Below, in pieces: positions 1 to 12,632 of a stretch of 64,000 nucleotides of DNA (position 1 is the stretch's first letter; the number at the start of each line of letters is the position of its first letter). The DNA is taken from the NCBI RefSeq assembly GCF_009914755.1, contig NC_060925.1; one strand, 5' to 3'. The notes under the pieces are model-generated. The model saw only the letters and a list, made by a program, of their open reading frames with translations, made no database searches and was not told where the DNA came from. The translations under genes were made by a program, and so were the position numbers. Source of the DNA: the human T2T-CHM13v2.0 reference genome, Homo sapiens.

Positions 1-267
1 TGAGGAAGAAGAGTAAAACAGTTCCTTTGGAGTTATCATGTATAAATTCTCTTTGGAGCAGTGGAGTGAGAGGAGGAAGAGATGAACAAATTTCCTTTAT
101 TCATTGTCTGCAAGGTCTTCATATGAAATGCAGAGGTGATCAATGGGTTAAGTATCATCACAATTATAAAAATTGTTGAGATTGAAAAAAAAGTTTTCTC
201 CCATTTATGTTAGACTGAACCTGCCAAATTGAGTCATGTTTTTGCTATATGCACAGAAACACACATA

Positions 268-273
268 CTCTCC

Positions 274-318
<45 letters not shown>

Positions 319-320
319 AG
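268..320. repeat. Compound (CT)n(CA)n microsatellite
   Basis: ctctctctctc followed by about 13 CA units at 284-310. Confidence 0.95.
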
Positions 321-1167
321 GCTTGCACCTTCCAGAAGCCTGATTTGTCTTGAGAAATGAAAGAGGAAACTAAGAAATGGTGACAAATGCAAAATTTTCC
401 ACGCCAAGGAGAAATGCAGTAAGTTTAAGAGCTGGTTATGGAAACTTTTTTAGGGAAAAGACACTCTAATTTGTCTTTTGGCCTTGGATAGTTCTTAGAG
501 GATGTTCTGTTTGGATTAGGAGTAAGAAAGAGAGAGAGAAACCACTCTGCCTATGAAATCAAATGGCTTTCGAAGGGAGTAACAAGCGAACCTGGGGAAA
601 AAGTGGGAAACTAGGAAGAAAGCGTATCTTCAACATCATGAGGGGATAAAACTGGATTGAGAAAACAAATGGAAATTTCCTAGTGTGTAATGACTGAGGC
701 TTTTAAGAACAAAGTCATCTATTTTTTTCTTTGTAAGTTGACTGTGGCCCACTATGATATATCCACCTTCCAACCACTCTATGATCCCACCTCTCATCTG
801 CTGATTCAAAATCCTCAGTAAAATCTACCACATACATAATCTTTAGTAGGTAATATTTGGGGAGACTATATCATATCCAGCAATGTGGTATGACATGAAA
901 ACTAAACAGTGCATACAGGTGATTACAAGCAAAGCAATGACTGAGAATCTAGCAGAAGCTGCAGTGCCTATGGGAAAGATGAGCTTTTGATCCTAAGATT
1001 CTTCAGGAGTTTGGGGATGGTGAGAGACTCAGTTTCTAATAAGCAATGGGACAAAGGCAGGGTGATCACAGCAAACCAGACACTTGGAGACATTCTACAA
1101 TTTGATCCATGCATTACATTTCTTGTTGTTCCAGAAATGGCTCACTAAAACCTACATTTGGAATGCA

Positions 1168-1245
1168 ATAGAAGAAAAAAGAAAGAGAAAGAAGAGTAAG
1201 AGGAGGCAGGTGGAGGGAAAAGAATAGAAAAAAAGAAAAAAAGAA
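1168..1245. repeat. Purine-rich (GA/AAAG) low-complexity tract
   Basis: Near-pure A/G run. Confidence 0.8.
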
Positions 1246-2149
1246 TGCAGAGGAGCTTTCCTCCAATCCCTACAATTAATTTAGTCTCTGCTATTTTGGT
1301 AACTTCTGTTAAATCAAAGCCTCAATATGTCATCAGACATTATATTAAAGCTCCATCCCTTTCTGGCTCCAAAATGTCTTTTAAGCCATATTTCCCACTA
1401 CATCTATGTCTTATAACTCAGATTATTGGCTAATGACCCCTGGGACTGGCAGAGATGGGGGCTAATTTAAATTGGGCAGACCCTTGCTTCCTAGTAAAGG
1501 AGTAAGGCATGGAGAAGAGCTTTTGCAAAGCACCTGCAGCCCCAAGAGGGAAGCTATTCAGGTCAGGCATCTATTTTCCCTTTCCCGGATTTGGCTTGGG
1601 TTGGAATGAGGCAAGTAGAGTGTAGACATCTTCTATCTACCTAACTAGGAGGATCTTATAATCACCTTGGAGAACAAAATTCAAGAATGTGCTTTGTTAT
1701 ATATTACTTCAGTTATTTTCTGTCTTTCACTAAATTGAAAAGCAAAGAATGTGACTTCTTTGTTCTCTAGGTTTCCCTTTATTGGTACATTGGAGACTCA
1801 CATCTATTGACCTGAATAAGAGAGAATGACAGGTTTAAAGGGAATGTGTACAGAAGAGAAATACATTGGTCACAATTTAACAAACTCACCTTGCTCCTAT
1901 AAATAATCGAGAATTGTGATGACTCAGTCACTGAAGTGAAAATTTCCTTTTCTTAACTATCAAGAGCTTGATAAGCAAAAGGTAGAAACAACAGCATTTG
2001 GTGCCTGTTCAAATGGTGCACCTTTCTCCTACCATCCTTTTATTCACTAGGCTATAGCTGCTTGGGATTTCAGCACAACACTTGCTTCCAGCCTTGCTTA
2101 TCCATATCCATTTCCTTGGAATTCTTAGGTCTTTATAGCTGGCTTCTTC

Positions 2150-2562
2150 TCAATATTCTGATCCTTGCTCTATCATCTTCCCTGAAGGCTTTTCCTGACC
2201 CATCTCTAAAAATAACACCCAAAACATCTCAAAACATACACATAGTCACTTTCATTCTATTTTCTGCCTATCACTTGTCATAATATGAAATCCATTCATC
2301 CTATCTATATATCATCTATTTATCCATATCGAGCATCTATTATCTGTCTTTTTATCTATTATCTAGCATCTTTCTTTTTATCCTTATCATTTATCATCTA
2401 TTATCTATCTATCAACTATAAATTGTTTTTCTCTATCTTTATAAAATATTCCCACTAGAATCTGAGCTCCATAAAAGTAAGGACCTTTTCTGCAGTTCCC
2501 TGCTCTACCCCCAGCATGTAGAACAGTACATCCAACACATAGTAGGTGGTTATGAATGAATA
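2150..2562 (+). mobile_element. L2 LINE 3' end, interrupted by degenerate (TATC)n at ~2295-2420
   Basis: cccactagaatctgagctccat...ccccagcatgtagaacagtac...acatagtagg...tgaatgaat matches the L2a 3' terminus. Confidence 0.8.
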
Positions 2563-3231
2563 GCATTTAAAGAAATTTTATGTACAGCATTCATCTACTG
2601 TTCTTTGTTTTCAATACATGTGTTAATGACAAATGATTATTATCCATTTCTCAAAATTGGGCCAATGAAACCTCTAGCTAAGATATTTTTGTTCACTAAT
2701 AAAATTGTGCCTAGATTGCAGTAAGTTCATATATAATTTTTAACCTTTGCAACCATTCAGGCTTTTTCACTAAATTAGGTTAATCCTTCCTCAAACTAAT
2801 ATGGACTATTAAGATTTTAGTAATGTAATGATGTATGATTCACCAGATATCTCAAAATCCCTTTTCCTTTGTTAAATAAGATCTAAAGGAAATGACTAAT
2901 TAGTCAATTTGAGTGATTTCCAAATAACACCACCAGCCTGTGTTTGTCTATACTACCAAGGTGAATTATTCATTAGCATTTATGAGAAGTGCCTGAAGAA
3001 CACTAGCAGTGGGAGTAAAACAACCTGGAATGGTTTTTAAATGACCTTCCAAGCAACTTGGATTAACAGTGGCATTATTCTCCCTGTACAAATTGAGTTA
3101 AAATTTTCCCTGTGTCAGGTCTCAGAAGAAGGCAGTGAAGGAGTGCTGCCTCACAGACAAATGACCTTCTGCATCTCCCAACATTTTAGATTCTTCTTTT
3201 TTCCTTGTGTAGTGACTGTGTGCGTGTATGT

Positions 3232-3490
3232 GTATGAGAGAGGGACAGAGACGCATAGAGACAGAGTAGCAAAGAAGCAGAGTGAGGAGTGAGGAGAATC
3301 AGAAACAGAAAGAGATGAAAAGGAGGAAGGAAATAAAAACAGAAATGAGAGAGAAAAATACGAAGGAAGGAAAGGAGATAGGTGGTCATGAAGGAAAAAA
3401 GAGAAAGAGAATAAATAAATATAGGAAATAAAAGCTAAAAAGCAGAAGGAAGAAAGGGAGAAATGGAGGGTCAGAGGGAGGGAGAAAGTC
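3232..3490. repeat. GA-rich low-complexity tract
   Basis: About 250 bp of A/G-dominated sequence; source of the F/S/L-rich minus-strand ORFs. Confidence 0.85.
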
Positions 3491-3754
3491 CAGAGGCGTG
3501 ACAGATTCAGAGGCAAGCTTTCCCTTGAGTTGGCACACCAGGCTGCCAGAATCCCAAGAGTTCTCCCAGGTGTGCAGAATCACCTGACTTTATACTGATT
3601 AAAAGTGTAAATTGCAACACAAAAAGAAAAAAAAAGTAATTGCCACGTTGTTTCTCTCCAGTGAGGTCACACTCCTTGGTTGTAGCTGAGCCTGCTGCTA
3701 GGCACACTCCTCTTGTTTAATAAAATTGTATTAACTTTATCCCTGCCCTTGATT

Positions 3755-3848
3755 TGTGGCTTTCTCACGTTGTGAGGAATAAATAATAAATGATTGTAAA
3801 GTACCCGTACATATGAAATGCCACATAAATGCTTAATAATAATCAGCT
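3755..3848 (+). mobile_element. MIR SINE 3' fragment
   Basis: gttgtgaggaataaata...tgtaaagtacc...cacataaatgcttaataa. Confidence 0.65.
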
Positions 3849-4299
3849 TGGGCCAGGAAGCCAGGGGGTTGAATAGAAATCATTGCACAAGGCCATTCTT
3901 GTTTATGTGGCTAAAATCATCCTGTGTGCTGTCTCCACTTCAAATCATCCAGCAGATTTAATTTTCACCCATTCAAGAATCTACTTCTCTGCAAACTAAA
4001 CAACCTTTGTTCCTCCATCCTTACGGTAATGTCATTTATAATGGTGGAATATAACTGCAGCAATTCATCTTTGCCTTTTCATTTCAGCTGTGTTTTTGCA
4101 GCACTCCTTCCCTTCTTGTTAGCCCTTCCAAATCCCCACATACATGATTTTGGGTCATCATTTCTTACCCCATAGGGGATGCCTGCCTTATTTTGATTAG
4201 CTTTGGAAACATATCTGTCTCCTGGTCTTGGATTTTATTATGTTTGTGTTTTGGAAAACCAAGATAGCTAAGTTGGTCCTTCCTTGATGGTCTTCATCT

Positions 4300-4500
4300 A
4301 TGCATTCATTTAATCATTTATTCATTCAACACTTGTTGGAGTCCTTTGCTGGGCACTAGGAATATAATGGAAATCAAGATGAAAAGAGTTTGCATTCCAT
4401 AAAGAAAACACACAGGGTATTTCTAGCATAGTTTAGAAAATGCTACAACTAGAGAAGTGCAGAGAGTTAAGGAAAGGTAGCATGTAAGTGGCATGAAGTA
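4300..4500 (-). mobile_element. L2 LINE 3' fragment
   Basis: cattcatttaatcatttattcattcaaca...gggcactaggaatata is the reverse complement of the L2 tail. Confidence 0.65.
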
Positions 4501-4839
4501 GGAAATTCTGCTAGGGCCGGAGCTTATTTGTTTGTTTTATCTTAAAATATCTTTATAATCATTTTTATGTACTATTCAACCTAGCTGAAACTTATCTGGT
4601 TTGATCTGTGGTTGTGGATAGAAGGGAGTTGTTCAGACCTAGGGAAAGGGCCCAGGACTGGTCTCTCCCTGTCAGTTGGAGAGAGGAAGGAGGGCACTCT
4701 CCATATCCTCTGTTGCAGTTTCTGGTGGGTGGAACCCAGACTTTGAAGGTTGGCAAGGGTTAGCCGTTTCTGTCTATAAGATTGTTGATGTTAGACCTAG
4801 AGTTTATAACTTCAAAAAAGAAGATATTATCTAGACTTT

Positions 4840-5370
4840 TATTAGTACATGTAATGACAAAAGTAGTACATGCTTATTGTAGAAAAAAAGTTGAAAATAA
4901 AGCTGAGCAAAACTAAATTAACCACAATTGCATCACCCATTAGGGACCATATTTATCATTTAATACATGTCCCTTCAGATTCTTTTCTATGCTTATATAT
5001 AAATGTGCCTTAAGGGACATATTCCCCAATCCCATATTACTTTTCTTATCAATGGGATACTATACTATACTCTGCACACATACATACTGGTTTATTACCT
5101 TTTTAAAGACAAAATATAAAAATATAGTTTCATGTCAAAATGATTTTATCATGATTCTAATGACTGTTTCATAGTCTATTACACGTATGGATTATTTAAA
5201 ATTTTTAGATCCATGTATGTTACTGAACTAAGCCTCCTAAAACTGGCATTACTGAGTAGAAGTATGCCTGCAATAGAGTTTTTGTTACATTGCCAAGTTG
5301 CCCTCCAGAGAAGTTGGACCAGTTTCTACTCTGATCTCCAGTATATCAGACCCTTTCCCACATCCCTTAC
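4840..5370 (-). mobile_element. Ancient L1M (L1ME/L1MC-type) 3' fragment
   Basis: tacatgcttattgtagaaaa and attgccaagttgccctccagagaagttggaccagttt resemble antisense old-L1 3' ends. Confidence 0.6.
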
Positions 5371-5825
5371 TCTCCTTCTTAGCCCCACATACACCCTTTT
5401 GCCAAGTGGAGTACTCTCAAGGAAGGTATGTTTGAAGCTCAACAATTTTAATTTTTCTTCTACTCTTCCATTCATTCCCTTGTGGTATGAGAATTAGTGG
5501 GCCTTGGGTTTTCAAACAGGTGGAGAAGGCTGTAGGGTGTATAATTGTTTTTGGTGAAACCATCAACGTCCATGTTTAGTTCTTCCTGCTCCACTTCCTC
5601 CAATTCAATTAGGCTGTTCTTACCAGAGGGAGAGTTTTCAAAGCATCAGATGAAGTGTTACCTCATGATTAATAATTCATGACAAGAAATAAAGATTGGG
5701 AAAGGTAATCATGCCCTTCAAGCTGTTTTTCTCCACCACTCCCTTGTTCTCATTCGCATAAAATGCTGTGTCTCAATCATTAAAGCAAACATACAGTTTC
5801 ATTGCCCTCTAAACCAAAGATCCAA

Positions 5826-6010
5826 AGCAGGAATTCATAAGCTTTTTGAAGTCCCAAGCTCCTTTGAGAATCTTGTGAAAGCTACAGACTCTCTCTCTGA
5901 AGGAAAAAATGAACTCTGTGGCATGCACCACTGATACGGTGTTTCCAGTTCACACGGATCAGGCACCCCTGGAAAAGCATCCGAGGACTCCCTAGGTAAA
6001 AATCTCTGGT
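5826..6010. mobile_element. hAT-Charlie-type MITE (subfamily not assigned)
   Basis: ctttgagaatcttgtgaaagctacagactctct...ttcacacggatc...ggactccctaggtaaaaatctctg resembles short Charlie non-autonomous elements. Confidence 0.55.
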
Positions 6011-6914
6011 TAGACGAACAAACAGACGGAAAAAAAAAAAGACAAGCCCAAAAGGAATCAAAAGCGGATGGACAAGAAGTTTAATGTGCCTTGCCTGTAC
6101 TTTCTGTGCCCAAATTTGCAATGAAACAAAGAAATTCTCCAAGTGTTATTTACTTAGTTATTTAGGTAGTTTGCAAGGGGACCAGTGAGGTAGGTAAGTA
6201 TTAGAAGATTGGATTTTGGCAAAGCGTATATTACAGGAGAAATCAAATAGGGGTGATTGTGGGGGCATGGCTGATATTGAAATCTATTTGCAAGCCTACT
6301 TTCAAGGCTGCATTTTTTCCTTGCCAAGTGCTATCAGCCATAAAATGTCCAAGGCAGTGGGCCACACCCACAGCTTCACGCTCTGCTACTTGGCATTCCT
6401 CTAAGTTCTCCCTCAATTGTCATATCTCCACAGGCCATAACAAGGGACAACAGTCAGCAGCAATTCAATTTCGACCTCCATCTGCTGGCAATAAGAACAT
6501 AAGGGAGAAATTAATGTACACTCACACACTTGTCATTATAGTAGCCCAAATTTGCTTTTATAGTGTGACTTTCTTCCAAGGAAATAAAAAAAAAATAGTT
6601 TTCATTCAAATTCCCAAACAACAACTAACCTGATAGAGGACTAAAATAATCATCTCTATTTTTTGAAGGCACGAAGATGCTAAAAATTTGTCCAGGGCCA
6701 CATAGCACTTTCATGGGAAAGTATGGATATCAGAAAAGCTCTCTGAAAACCATTCTGACATGTCTTAAAAGTTTGACATCCAATATCCAAGCCAGCAAGC
6801 AGGTTATATTAACATTTAATCAGATTGTATAAACATACAGCAAAATATTTGTGTTCTACTACCTAACACAGTATTACTTCACTTATTTTTCTCCTTTTAT
6901 TCTCATTACCAAAA

Positions 6915-7094
6915 CCCAAGACCCATGATTTGACATTTACTAGCTCTGTGATCTTGAGCATGTTACTTAATCTCCTTGTGCCTTTACATTTTCCTCTGTG
7001 AAATGGAAATAATAAAAGAAGCCAACTCAGATTTGTTAAAAGGGTTAAATGAAAAATTCTTAGAAGGTTCCCTTAGAAGATTTCCTAGCATATA
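6915..7094 (+). mobile_element. MIR SINE
   Basis: catttactagctctgtgatcttgagcatgttacttaatctc...tttcctctgtgaaatggaaataata (MIR core). Confidence 0.85.
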
Positions 7095-7530
7095 CAGGGT
7101 ATCCTGTAAAATCTGGAAACATAGATATAATCTTCTTATACATTTGAAAGGTTGATGAAAGATGAACATATTGAGCTTATACTCATAAGCAAATGAAAGG
7201 GCTGATCACAATGATTGCAGAGCCCTTCTTTGCATTTCATCTTGGAAGAACTACCATTTCCCACAGTACAATTAGAAAACTAGTTAAAAAATTCAAGATC
7301 ATAGTGTGTTCAACAAACTCTTCTGTGAACAATTATTTATTTCCAACAAGATAGAGGAAACAGTCATCGCCAACCAAGGTCATAACCAACCAAAGAGATC
7401 ATCTTGCCAGACATCCAAGGAATTGGAGGTGCCTTGCAGAACTGTCCCAGTGATTCCTAAAACACATGCCTTTCAACCATACAAGATGCAAATTCTACAA
7501 AGCTTATCTGAGGATGATCCTATCCAGCAT
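7095..7530 (+). mobile_element. Fossil Tc1/mariner-superfamily DNA transposon, 5' part: left TIR plus disrupted N-terminal transposase (DUF4817/HTH type)
   Basis: TA|CAGGGTATCC at 7093-7104; joined frames read RLMKDEHIELILISK*KG*S / MIAEPFFAFHLGRTTISHSTIRKLVKKFK / SVFNK...PKRSSCQTSKELEVPCRTVPVIPKTHAFQPYKMQILQSLSEDDP. Confidence 0.75.
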
Positions 7531-8759
7531 GATGAGAGGCAAGGCACTGAATGTATCAGGTAAGGCTTCTGAACAAATCATGTATTGTAATGTAATACTA
7601 ATAACCATTTTAGTGCATATTTGCTAATGCTTCCAGGCTTTGGGCCATCTACAGTAACTGTGTATTAAATATTTGCTATTACTATTAGCATTATTATTAT
7701 TTAAGGAAAAACTTAAGAAAAAGATGTTACACGATCCACTTTTTTCATTTTTGAAATAGTCACATTTTCACAATAGTAAGTAAGGGTAGAAGAATCACTA
7801 GTTAGTAATAATGATTTAGCCCTTTTAACTTGTGGTCCCCTATTGACCTCTTTCTTCATTAACTAATCAATATGCTCCCAATCCTTGAAGGAAACACAAC
7901 AGTGAAATAAGTTTGCACATGTTTCCTAGCTATTCTCTATAGAAGAAGTTAAGAACCAAATTGAAATTTGAAATCTCACTACATATTTGTTTCCCTCCTT
8001 CCTACTGTCAATGCCTACCTCATAAAGAGATAGTAGTACAAAGTTGACTTTGATTCATGAAAATATTATATACTTATACAAATAAGAGCAGTATCCTCCA
8101 AAACACAAAATAATAACAGCAATTTATTTTTGATCATTTGTGTTAGGCTCTCTCAAGAAGATTTAATGACAGATTACTGATGAGCAATTCCATAAAAGCA
8201 ATTATGAGCCAATAACTTACAAAGAATTTTGAAAAACCTGTCTTTGCTTATGCTCATCCCTAATCAAGATATACAGAACTTCCAAACATAAGATATATGT
8301 AATTTAAATAAAATGTATCATGCTGTCATGTCAAATGACAGATACCTCAGCTTGATCTTAATTCTCTAGCTCACGGTGCTCAGTGTGATGCAGTCTGGCT
8401 AAAGAGGGAAATTAAGAAAGGTCTATTGTTAGTATGCTGATGCTCCTTAATGTCAACAGGTGTGATCAGGTGTAAAAAGGCAAGTATCATAAGAGCATCA
8501 ACACAGAGCCTTCCTACATGATGCTTCAAAGGGAGGCCAAGATTGAAAAAGCTGAAATCTTCCATCAGACTGCCATTTGGCAAGTATATCCGAATTTCTC
8601 TCTGCTACCTGGCAGAAGCTGAAGATTGAGGGATAAAGAGAGGCTAAATATGTGTAACCATTGAAATCTTGTACTTTCTATGAATATGGCCTTTGGAGGA
8701 ATCAAAGGGCATAGAAATTAAAGAATGGCCAAAATGCAGGCATAAAGATCAAAAACCTT

Positions 8760-8990
8760 CTCAGTAAATTAGTAACTGGTTGAATTACACTAAAGGATGT
8801 TATAAATAAATCCACTCAATCAGGAGAGATGGAGAGAGTGTTGTAGTAACTTTCTACGGGTATTATTCTCATCTCTAAACTGTTTACAATTATATTAACA
8901 ACTTCGTTAAAAAATATGAGATAGAATTATTAAATTTCAGGATAGCACAAAACAGAGAGAGAAAGATAGTATTTTTGAGGACAAAAGGTA
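8760..8990 (+). mobile_element. L3/CR1 LINE reverse-transcriptase fragment (possibly also 8165-8260)
   Basis: aactggttgaat (NWLN), ctgtttacaattatattaacaactt (LF.I.IN), aaatttcaggatagcacaaaac (~KFADDTKL), gaggacaaa (~EDR), in CR1 order. Confidence 0.55.
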
Positions 8991-9044
8991 TAATATGGAG
9001 AAAGAATGGACTGAAAGTTTAGGACTTCGAAGAGTAGAAAGACT

Positions 9045-9162
9045 TCAGGTATTAGATTTCCAGCTGAATGGGAAGGAACACCCAAATTAATATAATTTAA
9101 GAGAGTTAAATACAGGAATTGTTTATAAAAGTGTGGGTAGGGTTTAAGGAAACCACAAAGGA
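9045..9162 (-). mobile_element. Old MLT1 (MaLR) LTR fragment, probably resuming at ~18196-18290 after the L1
   Basis: gtgtgggtagggtttaaggaaaccacaaaggga resembles MLT1K/L; ccaagctgaaatgaaaatcagagag after 18230 resembles the next MLT1 segment. Confidence 0.4.
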
Positions 9163-10179
9163 TTGTTTGTTTGTTTGATTTCCAACTTTTATTTTAGGTT
9201 CAAGGAGGCATATGTGTAGTTTTGTTAGATGGGCAAATTGTGTGTTGTGGGAATTTGATGTACAGATTATTTCATCAGCCAGGTAATAAGCATAGTACTT
9301 GATGTCTTTTTTTTTTTTTAATCCTCACCCTCCCTCCACCCACTAGGAGGTAGGCTCCAGTATCTATTATTTGCTTCTTTTTGTCTATGTGTACTCAATG
9401 TTTAGTTCCCACATATAAGTGAGAACTTGCAGTATTTTCCTGCGCTAATTTGCTCAGGATAATGGCCTCCAGCTCCATCCATGTTGCTGCAAAGGACAGG
9501 ATTTCATTCTTTTTTATGGTTACATAGTATTCCATGGTGTATATGAACTACATTTCCTTATTCAGTCCACTGTTGATATGCATTTACGTTGATTCCATGT
9601 CTTTGCTATTGTGAATAGCGCTGCAGTGAGCATATGCATGCATCATGTATCTTTGTGGAATAATTTATATTTCTTTGGGAATATGCCCAGTAATGAGATT
9701 TCTGGGTCAAACGGTAGTTCTAAGATATTTGAGAAATCTCCAAATTGCTTTTAAAAGTGGCTGAACTAATTACATTCCCACCAGTGGTGTATGGCGTTCC
9801 CTTTTCTCCACAACCTCACCAGCATCTGCAGATTTTTTACTTTATAATAATACCCATTCTGACAGGTGTGAAATGAGATCTCATTGTAGTTTTGGTTTGC
9901 ATTTCTCTAATGATTAGTGATGTTGAGCATTTTTTATATGCGTATTGGCTGTACATACGTCTTCTTTTGAGAAGTGTCTGTTCATATCCTTTGCCGAATT
10001 TTAATGGAGTTGTTTGTTTTATGATTATTAATTTTGTTTAAGTTCCTTATAGATTCTGGATATTAGACCTTTTTTGGATGGATAGTTTGCAGATATTTTC
10101 TCCCTTTCTGCCGGTTGTCTATTTACTCTGTTGATATTTTCTTTTGCTGCGCAGAAGCTCTTTGGTTTAATAAGATCCC

Positions 10180-12632
10180 TGTATTAGGCCATTCTTGCAT
10201 TGTTATAAAGAAATACCTGAGACTGGGTAATTTATAAGAAAAGAAGTTTAATTGGCTCATGGTTCTGCAGGCTGTACAGGAAGCAGTGTACCAGCATCTG
10301 CTTCTAGGGAGGCCTCAAAAAGCTTTTATTCATGGCAGAAGATAAAGCAGGAGCAGGCACTTCACATGGTGAAAGCAGGAGCAAGAGAGAGAGAGAGGGT
10401 GGGGAAGGAGAGTTATCACCAAGGGAATAGCCAAAGCCATTCATGAGGGATTGCTCCATGATCCAAACACCTCTCAACCAGGGCTCATCTCCAACAATGG
10501 GGATTATACTTCAACAAGAGATTTGGGCAGGGACAAATATCTAAACTATATCATTCTGCTCCTGGCCCCTCCCAAATCTCATGTTCTCACATTTCAAAAT
10601 ACAATAATCCTTTCTTAATAGTCCCTGCAAACTCTGAACTCATTCCAGCATTAACTCAAAAGTCCCAAGTCCCAAATCCGAAGTTTTATCTGGAAATGAG
10701 TTCCTTCCACCTATGAGCCTGTAAAATCAAAACAAGTTATTTACTTTCAAGATACAATGGGGATATAGGCAGCGGGTAAACATTCCTGTTCCAAAAGGGA
10801 GAAATTGGACAAAAGAAAGGAGCTATAGACCCCATGAAGTCTGAAACCCAGCAGGGCAGCTATTAAATTTTAAGGGTCCAAAATTATCTCCCTTCACTGC
10901 ATGTCCCACATCCAGGGCACACCAGTTCAAAGGCTGAGCTTCCAAGGCCTTGGACAGCTCCACCCTGGTGGCTTTGCAGGGTACAGCCCCTACAGCTGCT
11001 TTCATGAGTTGTTGAGTGCCTGCAGCTTTTTCAGGTGGCCCACACAAGCTGCTAGAGGATCTACCATTCTGTGGTCTGGTGGATGGTGGCACCCTTCCCA
11101 CAGCTCCACTAGGAAGTGCCCTGTGAGGGCTCCAACTTCACATTTCTACTTGGCACTGCCCTAGTAGAGGTTCTCTGTGGGGGCTCCACCCCTGTAGCAG
11201 GCTTCTGCCTGGGATTCATGCTTTTCCATACATCCTCTGAAATCTAAGCAAAGGATACCAAACCTTATTCACTCTTGCACAACTGTGCACCTGCAGGCTT
11301 GGAAGCCACAAAGGAAGACACATGGAAGCCACAAAGGCTTATGGCAGCTTGAGCTCTCTGGAGTGGTAGCACGAATAGTATCTGGGGTCCTTTAAGTCAA
11401 TGCTCAAAGTGGAGCAACCAGGATGCAGGAAGCAGTGTCCCAAGGCTACACAGGTCAGTGGGGCCCTGGGCCTGGCTCAAGAAACCATTCTTCCCTCCTA
11501 GGCTGCTGGGCCTATGATGGGAGACGCTGCAGTGAAAGTCTCTAAAATGTGTTCAAAGTCTTTTTCCCATTGTCTTTGCTATCAATACTTGGCTCTCTTT
11601 TAGTTATGCAGATTTCTCTAGCAAGTGGTTGCTCCATAGCCTGCTTGAATTCCTCATCCCAAAACGCTTTTTGTTTTTCTGCCACATGGCTAGGCTGCAA
11701 ATTTTCCAAACTTTTACACTCTGCTTCCTTTTAAATATATAAGTTCCAACTTTAAGCCATTTTTTTTGCACCCACATCTGAATGTAGGTTGTTAAAAGCA
11801 GCCACACCACCTCTTGAACACTTTGCTGCTTAGAAATTTCCTCCACCAGATATGCTAAATCATTGCTCTCAAGTTTAAACTTCCACATATCTCTAGGTCA
11901 TGGACACAACACAACTAAGTTCTTTGCTAAGGCATAGCACGTGTGCCCTTTGTACCAGTTCCCAGTAAGTTCCTCATTTCTACGCAGGTCCTCAGCGGTT
12001 TGGACTTCAATGTCCATATTACTATTAACGTTGTGGTCACAATCATTTAATCAGTCTCAGAAGTTTCAAACTTCCTCTCATCTTCCTGTCTTCTTCTGAA
12101 CCCTGCAAACTCTCCCTACCTCTGCTTATTACCCAGTTCCAAAGCCATGTCAACATTTTCAAGTATCTTTATAGCAATGTCCCACTCCTCTGTATTAATT
12201 TTCTGGATTAGGCTATTCTTGCATTGCTATAAAGAAATACAGGAGACTGAGTAATTTATAAGAAAAGAGGCTTAATTGGCTCATAGTTCTGCAGGCTGTA
12301 CAGGAAGCATTGCACCAGTATCTGCTTCTAGGGAGGCCTCAAGAAGCTTTTACTCATGGCAGAAGGCAAAGAGGGAGAAAACACTTCACATGGCAAAAGC
12401 ACGAGCAAGAGAGAAATAGAGGGTGGGGAAGGGGGGGTGCCACACAATTTTAAATGACCAGATTGCATGTAAACTCAGAGGGAGAGCTCACTTATCACCA
12501 AGGGGTGGCCCAATCCATTCATGGGGGGTCTGCCCCCATGATCCAAACACCTCCCACCAGGCCCCATCTCCAACACTGGGGATTACATTTCAGCATGAGA
12601 TTTGGGCGGGGGCAAATATCCAAACTTTATCA
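10180..12632 (-). mobile_element. Full-length MSTA MaLR provirus (3' LTR 10180-10553, internal 10554-12203, 5' LTR 12204-12632)
   Basis: Two direct LTR copies (tgtattaggcc...tatatca; tggattaggct...ttatca); degenerate 5-bp TSD ATCCC/GTCTC; host L1 is colinear across the insertion. Confidence 0.93.

Noticed and set aside
3041-3707. Cluster of hydrophobic ORFs
   Set aside because: Produced by the GA-rich low-complexity tract.
7340-7420. SCQT motif as CR1/L3 reverse transcriptase
   Set aside because: The longer surrounding peptide and the TA|CAGGG terminus fit a Tc1/mariner transposase far better.
8390-8470. Possible C/D-box snoRNA (gtgatg...ctga)
   Set aside because: Box C is imperfect and no terminal stem is visible.
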